Assembly (NCBI GenBank): GCA_964057225.1
Contig: OZ059895.1
Span: 23,560,001-23,624,000, forward strand
From: Auanema rhodensis
Lineage: Eukaryota; Animalia; Nematoda
Reading direction: 5' to 3'
Length of the DNA: 64,000 nucleotides
Part shown: piece after piece, positions 54,101 to 64,000 of the stretch
How positions within the stretch are numbered: the stretch's first letter is position 1
How the letters are laid out: every line of letters starts with the position of its first letter
Notes under the pieces: generated by a model
Seen by the model: only the letters and a program-made list of their open reading frames with translations
The model's database searches: none
What the model was told of the DNA's origin: nothing
Program-made: the position numbers and the translations under genes

Positions 54101-57100
54101 TTGGTATGTAACTCGCTTCACGTGAAAGATAAAGAGATGCGGTTTTCAAAATTAGATTCCCCATGTCCATATTAGTCTAACAACAAATTTTTATTGATAT
54201 TGGTGCATGGTAACCATGACTTTGAAATTTACGTGAACTTTAATTTATGCTAATTAAATGTACACGTGATGTGCACTTGGTATGTAACTTGCTTCACGTG
54301 AAAGATAAAGAGATGCGGTTTTCAAAATTAGATTCCCCATGTACATATTAGTCTAACAACAAATTTTTATTGATATTGGTGCATGGTAACCATGACTTTG
54401 GAATTTACGTGAACTTTAATTTATGCTAATTAAATGTAAATTTATGCTAATTAAATGTACACGTGATGAGCACTTGGTATGTAACTCGCTTCACGTGAAA
54501 GATAAAGAGATGCGGTTTTCAAAATTAGATTCCCCATGTCCATATTAGTCTAACAACAAATTTTTATTGATATTGGTGCATGGTAACCATGACTTTGAAA
54601 TTTACGTGAACTTTAATTTATGCTAATTAAATGTACACGCGATGTGCACTTGGTATGTAACTCGCTTCACGTGAAAGATAAAGAGATGCGGTTTTCAAAA
54701 TTAGATTCCCCATGTCCATATTAGTCTAAAAACAAATTTTTATTGATATTGGTTCATGGTAACCATGACTTTGAAATTTACGTGAACTTTAATTTATGCT
54801 AATTAAATGTACACGTGATGTGCACTTGGTTTGTAACTCGCTTCACGTGAAAGATAAAGAGATGCGGTTTTCAAAATTAGATTCCCCATGTCCATATTAG
54901 TCTAAAAACAAATTTTTATTGATATTGGTTCATGGTAACCATGACTTTGAAATTTACGTGAACTTTAATTTATGCCAATTAAATGTAAATTTATGCTAAT
55001 TAAATGTACACGTGATGTGCACTTGGTATGTAACTCGCTTCACGTGAAAGATAAAGAGATGCGGTTTTCAAAATTAGATGCCCCATGTCCATATTAGTCT
55101 AACAACAAATTTTTATTGATATTGGTGCATGGTAACCATGACTTTGAAATTTACGTGAACTTTAATTTATGCTAATTAAATGTACACGTGATGTGCACTT
55201 GGTATGTAACTCGCTTCACGTGAAAGATAAAGAGATGCGGTTTTCAAAATTAGATTCCCCATGTCCATATTAGTCTAACAACAAATTTTTATTGATATTG
55301 GTGCATGGTAACCATGACTTTGAAATTTACGTGAACTTTAATTTATGCTAATTAAATGTACACGTGATGTGCACTTGGTATGCAACTCGCTTCACGTGAA
55401 AGATAAAGAGATGCGGTTTTCAAAATTAGATTCCCCATGTCCATATTAGTATAAAAACAAATTTTTATTGATATTGGTTCATGGTAACCATGACTTTGAA
55501 ATTTACGTGAACTTTAATTTATGCTAATTAAATGTACACGTGATGTGCACTTGGTATGTAACTCGCTTCACGTGAAAGATAAAGAGATGCGGTTTTCAAA
55601 ATTAGATTCCCCATGTCCATATTAGTCTAAAAACAAATTTTTATTGATATTGGTTCATGGTAACCATGACTTTGAAATTTACGTGAACTTTAATTTATGC
55701 TAATTAAATGTACACGTGATGTGCACTTGGTATGTAACTCGCTTCACGTGAAAGATAAAGAGATGCGATTTTCAAAATTAGATTCCCCATGTCCATATTA
55801 GTCTAAAAACCAATTTTTATTGATATTGGTGCATGGTAACCATGACTTTGAAATTTACGTGAACTTTAATTTATGCTAATTAAATGTACACGTGATGTGC
55901 ACTTGGTATGTAACTCGCTTCACGTGAAAGATAAAGAGATGCGATTCTCAAAATTAGATTCCCCATGTCCATATTAGTCTAAAAACCAATTTTTATTGAT
56001 ATTGGTGCATGGTAACCATGACTTTGAAATTTACGTGAACTTTAATTTATGCTAATTAAATGTACACGTGATGTGCACTTGGTATGTAACTCGCTTCACT
56101 TGAAAGATAAAGAGATGCGGTTTTCAAAATTAGATTCCCCATGTCCATATTAGTCTAACAACAAATTTTTATTGATATTGGTGCATGGTAACCATGACTT
56201 TGAAATTTACGTGAACTTTAATTTATGCTAATTAAATGTACACGTGATGTGCACTTGGTATGTAACTTGCTTCACGTGAAAGATAAAGAGATGCGGTTTT
56301 CAAAATTAGATTCCCCATGTACATATTAGTCTAACAACAAATTTTTATTGATATTGGTGCATGGTAACCATGACTTTGGAATTTACGTGAACTTTAATTT
56401 ATGCTAATTAAATGTAAATTTATGCTAATTAAATGTACACATGATGAGCACTTGGTATGTAACTCGCTTCACGTGAAAGATAAAGAGATGCGGTTTTCAA
56501 AATTAGATTCCCCATGTCCATATTAGTCTAACAACAAATTTTTATTGATATTGGTGCATGGTAACCATGACTTTGAAATTTACGTGAACTTTAATTTATG
56601 CTAATTAAATGTACACGCGATGTGCACTTGGTATGTAACTCGCTTCACGTGAAAGATAAAGAGATGCGGTTTTCAAAATTAGATTCCCCATGTCCATATT
56701 AGTCTAAAAACAAATTTTTATTGATATTGGTTCATGGTAACCATGACTTTGAAATTTACGTGAACTTTAATTTATGCTAATTAAATGTACACGTGATGTG
56801 CACTTGGTTTGTAACTCGCTTCACGTGAAAGATAAAGAGATGCGGTTTTCAAAATTAGATTCCCCATGTCCATATTAGTCTAAAAACAAATTTTTATTGA
56901 TATTGGTTCATGGTAACCATGACTTTGAAATTTACGTGAACTTTAATTTATGCCAATTAAATGTAAATTTATGCTAATTAAATGTACACGTGATGTGCAC
57001 TTGGTATGTAACTCGCTTCACGTGAAAGATAAAGAGATGCGGTTTTCAAAATTAGATTCCCCATGTCCATATTAGTCTAACAACAAATTTTTATTGATAT

Positions 57101-60100
57101 TGGTGCATGGTAACCATGACTTTGAAATTTACGTGAACTTTAATTTATGCTAATTAAATGTACACGTGATGTGCACTTGGTATGCAACTCGCTTCACGTG
57201 AAAGATAAAGAGATGCGGTTTTCAAAATTAGATTCCCCATGTCCATATTAGTATAAAAACAAATTTTTATTGATATTGGTTCATGGTAACCATGACTTTG
57301 AAATTTACGTGAACTTTAATTTATGCTAATTAAATGTACACGTGATGTGCACTTGGTATGTAACTCGCTTCACGTGAAAGATAAAGAGATGCGGTTTTCA
57401 AAATTAGATTCCCCATGTCCATATTAGTCTAAAAACAAATTTTTATTGATATTGGTTCATGGTAACCATGACTTTGAAATTTACGTGAACTTTAATTTAT
57501 GCTAATTAAATGTACACGTGATGTGCACTTGGTATGTAACTCGCTTCACGTGAAAGATAAAGAGATGCGATTTTCAAAATTAGATTCCCCATGTCCATAT
57601 TAGTCTAAAAACCAATTTTTATTGATATTGGTGCATGGTAACCATGACTTTGAAATTTACGTGAACTTTAATTTATGCTAATTAAATGTACACGTGATGT
57701 GCACTTGGTATGTAACTCGCTTCACGTGAAAGATAAAGAGATGCGATTCTCAAAATTAGATTCCCCATGTCCATATTAGTCTAAAAACCAATTTTTATTG
57801 ATATTGGTGCATGGTAACCATGACTTTGAAATTTACGTGAACTTTAATTTATGCTAATTAAATGTACACGTGATGTGCACTTGGTATGTAACTCGCTTCA
57901 CGTGAAAGATAAAGAGATGCGGTTTTCAAAATTAGATTCCCCATGTCCATATTAGTCTAACAACAAATTTTTATTGATATTGGTGCATGGTAACCATGAC
58001 TTTGAAATTTACGTGAACTTTAATTTATGCTAATTAAATGTACACGTGATGTGCACTTGGTATGTAACTTGCTTCACGTGAAAGATAAAGAGATGCGGTT
58101 TCCAAAATTAGATTCCCCATGTCCATATTAGTCTAAAAACAAATTTTTATTGATATTGGTGCATGGTAACCATGACTTTGAAATTTACGTGAACTTTAAT
58201 TTATGCTAATTAAATGTACACGTGATGTGCACTTGGTTTGTAACTCGCTTCACGTGAAAGATAAAGAGATGCGGTTTTCAAAATTAGATTCCCCATGTCC
58301 ATATTAGTCTAAAAACAAATTTTTATTGATATTGGTTCATGGTAACCATGACTTTGAAAATTACGTGAACTTTAATTTATGCTAATTAAATGTACACGTG
58401 ATGTGCACTTGGTATGTAACTTGCTTCACGTGAAAGATAAAGAGATGCGGTTTTCAAAATTAGATTCCCCATGTACATATTAGTCTAACAACAAATTTTT
58501 ATTGATATTGGTGCATGGTAACCATGACTTTGGAATTTACGTGAACTTTAATTTATGCTAATTAAATGTAAATTTATGCTAATTAAATGTACACGTGATG
58601 AGCACTTGGTATGTAACTCGCTTCACGTGAAAGATAAAGAGATGCGGTTTTCAAAATTAGATTCCCCATGTCCATATTAGTCTAACAACAAATTTTTATT
58701 GATATTGGTGCATGGTAACCATGACTTTGAAATTTACGTGAACTTTAATTTATGCTAATTAAATGTACACGCGATGTGCACTTGGTATGTAACTCGCTTC
58801 ACGTGAAAGATAAAGAGATGCGGTTTTCAAAATTAGATTCCCCATGTCCATATTAGTCTAAAAACAAATTTTTATTGATATTGGTTCATGGTAACCATGA
58901 CTTTGAAATTTACGTGAACTTTAATTTATGCTAATTAAATGTACACGTGATGTGCACTTGGTTTGTAACTCGCTTCACGTGAAAGATAAAGAGATGCGGT
59001 TTTCAAAATTAGATTCCCCATGTCCATATTAGTCTAAAAACAAATTTTTATTGATATTGGTTCATGGTAACCATGACTTTGAAATTTACGTGAACTTTAA
59101 TTTATGCCAATTAAATGTAAATTTATGCTAATTAAATGTACACGTGATGTGCACTTGGTATGTAACTCGCTTCACGTGAAAGATAAAGAGATGCGGTTTT
59201 CAAAATTAGATGCCCCATGTCCATATTAGTCTAACAACAAATTTTTATTGATATTGGTGCATGGTAACCATGACTTTGAAATTTACGTGAACTTTAATTT
59301 ATGCTAATTAAATGTACACGTGATGTGCACTTGGTATGTAACTCGCTTCACGTGAAAGATAAAGAGATGCGGTTTTCAAAATTAGATTCCCCATGTCCAT
59401 ATTAGTCTAACAACAAATTTTTATTGATATTGGTGCATGGTAACCATGACTTTGAAATTTACGTGAACTTTAATTTATGCTAATTAAATGTACACGTGAT
59501 GTGCACTTGGTATGCAACTCGCTTCACGTGAAAGATAAAGAGATGCGGTTTTCAAAATTAGATTCCCCATGTCCATATTAGTATAAAAACAAATTTTTAT
59601 TGATATTGGTTCATGGTAACCATGACTTTGAAATTTACGTGAACTTTAATTTATGCTAATTAAATGTACACGTGATGTGCACTTGGTATGTAACTCGCTT
59701 CACGTGAAAGATAAAGAGATGCGGTTTTCAAAATTAGATTCCCCATGTCCATATTAGTCTAAAAACAAATTTTTATTGATATTGGTTCATGGTAACCATG
59801 ACTTTGAAATTTACGTGAACTTTAATTTATGCTAATTAAATGTACACGTGATGTGCACTTGGTATGTAACTCGCTTCACGTGAAAGATAAAGAGATGCGA
59901 TTTTCAAAATTAGATTCCCCATGTCCATATTAGTCTAAAAACCAATTTTTATTGATATTGGTGCATGGTAACCATGACTTTGAAATTTACGTGAACTTTA
60001 ATTTATGCTAATTAAATGTACACGTGATGTGCACTTGGTATGTAACTCGCTTCACGTGAAAGATAAAGAGATGCGATTCTCAAAATTAGATTCCCCATGT

Positions 60101-63100
60101 CCATATTAGTCTAAAAACCAATTTTTATTGATATTGGTGCATGGTAACCATGACTTTGAAATTTACGTGAACTTTAATTTATGCTAATTAAATGTACACG
60201 TGATGTGCACTTGGTATGTAACTCGCTTCACGTGAAAGATAAAGAGATGCGGTTTTCAAAATTAGATTCCCCATGTCCATATTAGTCTAACAACAAATTT
60301 TTATTGATATTGGTGCATGGTAACCATGACTTTGAAATTTACGTGAACTTTAATTTATGCTAATTAAATGTACACGTGATGTGCACTTGGTATGTAACTT
60401 GCTTCACGTGAAAGATAAAGAGATGCGGTTTCCAAAATTAGATTCCCCATGTCCATATTAGTCTAAAAACAAATTTTTATTGATATTGGTTCATGGTAAC
60501 CATGACTTTGAAATTTACGTGAACTTTAATTTATGCTAATTAAATGTACACGTGATGTGCACTTGGTATGTAACTCGCTTCACGTGAAAGATAAAGAGAT
60601 GCGGTTTTCAAAATTAGATTCCCCATGTCCATATTAGTCTAAAAACAAATTTTTATTGATATTGGTTCATGGTAACCATGACTTTGAAATTTACGTGAAC
60701 TTTAATTTATGCTAATTAAATGTACACGTGATGTGCACTTGGTATGTAACTCGCTTCACGTGAAAGATAAAGAGATGCGGTTTTCAAAATTAGATTCCCC
60801 ATGTCCATATTAGTCTAAAAACAAATTTTTATTGATATTGGTTCATGGTAACCATGACTTTGAAATTTACGTGAACTTTAATTTATGCCAATTAAATGTA
60901 AATTTATGCTAATTAAATGTACACGTGATGTGCACTTGGTATGTAACTCGCTTCACGTGAAAGATAAAGAGATGCGGTTTTCAAAATTAGATTCCCCATG
61001 TCCATATTAGTCTAACAACAAATTTTTATTGATATTGGTGCATGGTAACCATGACTTTGAAATTTACGTGAACTTTAATTTATGCTAATTAAATGTACAC
61101 GTGATGTGCACTTGGTATGTAACTCGCTTCACGTGAAAGATAGAGAGATGCGGTTTTCAAAATTAGATTCCCCATGTCCATATTAGTCTAACAACAAATT
61201 TTTATTGATATTGGTGCATGGTAACCATGACTTTAAAATTTACGTGAACTTTAATTTATGCTAATTAAATGTACACGTGATGTGCACTTGGTATGCAACT
61301 CGCTTCACGTGAAAGATAAAGAGATGCGGTTTTCAAAATTAGATTCCCCATGTCCATATTAGTATAAAAACAAATTTTTATTGATATTGGTTCATGGTAA
61401 CCATGACTTTGAAATTTACGTGAACTTTAATTTATGCTAATTAAATGTACACGTGATGTGCACTTGGTATGTAACTCGCTTCACGTGAAAGATAAAGAGA
61501 TGCGGTTTTCAAAATTAGATTCCCCATGTCCATATTAGTCTAAAAACAAATTTTTATTGATATTGGTTCATGGTAACCATGACTTTGGAATTTACGTGAA
61601 CTTTAATTTATGCTAATTAAATGTACACGTGATGTGCACTTGGTATGTAACTCGCTTCACGTGAAAGATAAAGAGATGCGATTTTCAAAATTAGATTCCC
61701 CATGTCCATATTAGTCTAAAAACCAATTTTTATTGATATTGGTGCATGGTAACCATGACTTTGAAATTTACGTGAACTTTAATTTATGCTAATTAAATGT
61801 ACACGTGATGTGCACTTGGTATGTAACTCGCTTCACGTGAAAGATAAAGAGATGCGATTTTCAAAATTAGATTCCCCATGTCCATATTAGTCTAAAAACC
61901 AATTTTTATTGATATTGGTGCATGGTAACCATGACTTTGAAATTTACGTGAACTTTAATTTATGCTAATTAAATGTACACGTGATGTGCACTTGGTATGT
62001 AACTCGCTTCACGTGAAAGATAAAGAGATGCGATTTTCAAAATTAGATTCCCCATGTCCATATTAGTCTAAAAACCAATTTTTATTGATATTGGTGCATG
62101 GTAACCATGACTTTGAAATTTACGTGAACTTTAATTTATGCTAATTAAATGTACACGTGATGTGCACTTGGTATGTAACTCGCTTCACGTGAAAGATAAA
62201 GAGATGCGGTTTTCAAAATTAGATTCCCCATGTCCATATTAGTCTAACAACAAATTTTTATTGATATTGGTGCATGGTAACCATGACTTTGAAATTTACG
62301 TGAACTTTAATTTATGCTAATTAAATGTACACGTGATGTGCACTTGGTATGTAACTCGCTTCACGTGAAAGATAGAGAGATGCGGTTTTCAAAATTAGAT
62401 TCCCCATGTCCATATTAGTCTAACAACAAATTTTTATTGATATTGGTGCATGGTAACCATGACTTTAAAATTTACGTGAACTTTAATTTATGCTAATTAA
62501 ATGTACACGTGATGTGCACTTGGTATGTAACTCGCTTCACGTGAAAGATAAAGAGATGCGATTTTCAAAATTAGATTCCCCATGTCCATATTAGTCTAAA
62601 AACCAATTTTTATTGATATTGGTGCATGGTAACCATGACTTTGAAATTTACGTGAACTTTAATTTATGCTAATTAAATGTACACGTGATGTGCACTTGGT
62701 ATGTAACTCGCTTCACGTGAAAGATAAAGAGATGCGGTTTTCAAAATTAGATTCCCCATGTCCATATTAGTCTAAAAACCAATTTTTATTGATATTGGTG
62801 CATGGTAACCATGACTTTGAAATTTACGTGAACTTTAATTTATGCTAATTAAATGTACACGTGATGTGCACTTGGTATGTAACTCGCTTCACGTGAAAGA
62901 TAAAGAGATGCGATTTTCAAAATTAGATTCCCCATGTCCATATTAGTCTAAAAACCAATTTTTATTGATATTGGTGCATGGTAACCATGACTTTGAAATT
63001 TACGTGAACTTTAATTTATGCTAATTAAATGTACACGTGATGTGCACTTGGTATGTAACTCGCTTCACGTGAAAGATAGAGAGATGCGGTTTTCAAAATT

Positions 63101-64000
63101 AGATTCCCCATGTCCATATTAGTCTAACAACAAATTTTTATTGATATTGGTGCATGGTAACCATGACTTTAAAATTTACGTGAACTTTAATTTATGCTAA
63201 TTAAATATACACGTGATGTGCACTTGGTATGCAACTCGCTTCACGTGAAAGATAAAGAGATGCGGTTTTCAAAATTAGATTCCCCATGTCCATATTAGTA
63301 TAAAAACAAATTTTTATTGATATTGGTTCATGGTAACCATGACTTTGAAATTTACGTGAACTTTAATTTATGCTAATTAAATGTACACGTGATGTGCACT
63401 TGGTATGTAACTCGCTTCACGTGAAAGATAAAGAGATGCGGTTTTCAAAATTAGATTCCCCATGTCCATATTAGTCTAAAAACAAATTTTTATTGATATT
63501 GGTTCATGGTAACCATGACTTTGGAATTTACGTGAACTTTAATTTATGCTAATTAAATGTACACGTGATGTGCACTTGGTATGTAACTCGCTTCACGTGA
63601 AAGATAAAGAGATGCGATTTTCAAAATTAGATTCCCCATGTCCATATTAGTCTAAAAACCAATTTTTATTGATATTGGTGCATGGTAACCATGACTTTGA
63701 AATTTACGTGAACTTTAATTTATGCTAATTAAATGTACACGTGATGTGCACTTGGTATGTAACTCGCTTCACGTGAAAGATAAAGAGATGCGATTTTCAA
63801 AATTAGATTCCCCATGTCCATATTAGTCTAAAAACCAATTTTTATTGATATTGGTGCATGGTAACCATGACTTTGAAATTTACGTGAACTTTAATTTATG
63901 CTAATTAAATGTACACGTGATGTGCACTTGGTATGTAACTCGCTTCACGTGAAAGATAAAGAGATGCGGTTTTCAAAATTAGATTCCCCATGTCCATATT
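30102..64000 (-). repeat. Sat176 reverse block, about 189 monomers with nested variable-length higher-order repeats; probably continues right of the window
   Basis: Reverse Sat176 with about 27 monomers of 197 bp (21-bp internal duplication). The marker allele TGAGCAC lies at 30993, 32950, 38490, 42073, 44755, 46733, 49063, 52667, 54469, 56447 and 58601. Every spacing equals n x 176 + m x 21. Confidence 0.99.

Noticed and set aside
1-64000. CRISPR array
   Set aside because: Units are full-length near-identical 351- or 176-bp monomers, with no unique spacers, leader or cas genes.
1-64000. Protein-coding repeat (351 bp is divisible by 3, i.e. 117 codons)
   Set aside because: Both monomers are dense in TAA/TGA/TAG on both strands and no long ORF is evident by eye. 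I did not run a formal six-frame translation. 176 is not a multiple of 3.
12056-64000. Assignment to a named satellite or species (e.g. Arabidopsis CEN178, primate alpha satellite, honeybee 176-bp AluI repeat, Drosophila 359-bp, Tribolium satellites)
   Set aside because: Only the lengths are similar and I do not recognise the sequence. The Sat176 consensus has no AluI site. A BLAST/Dfam search is required.

Overview
The whole 64 kb window is AT-rich tandem satellite DNA. I find no protein-coding genes, RNA genes, CRISPR arrays or recognisable transposons. It spans the boundary between two highly homogeneous satellite families: a 351-bp monomer (Sat351, 1-12055, about 34 copies) and a 176-bp monomer (Sat176, 12056-64000, about 290 copies). 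The arrays form six blocks: Sat351(+) 1-9726, Sat351(-) 9738-12055, Sat176(+) 12056-15430, Sat176(-) 15439-25522, Sat176(+) 25522-30104 and Sat176(-) 30102-64000. The + orientation of each family is arbitrary (first occurrence). All five junctions can be read at base resolution. Three of the four orientation switches carry locally templated insertions and the fourth has a 3-bp microhomology, a scar pattern typical of polymerase-theta/alternative end joining. Both monomers are rich in dyad symmetry, and Sat176 carries two CACGTG E-boxes per copy. Diagnostic variants show nested higher-order repeats: 8x351, and 5- to 53-monomer offsets in Sat176. The architecture resembles eukaryotic (peri)centromeric heterochromatin, but neither the organism nor centromere function can be established from the sequence alone.
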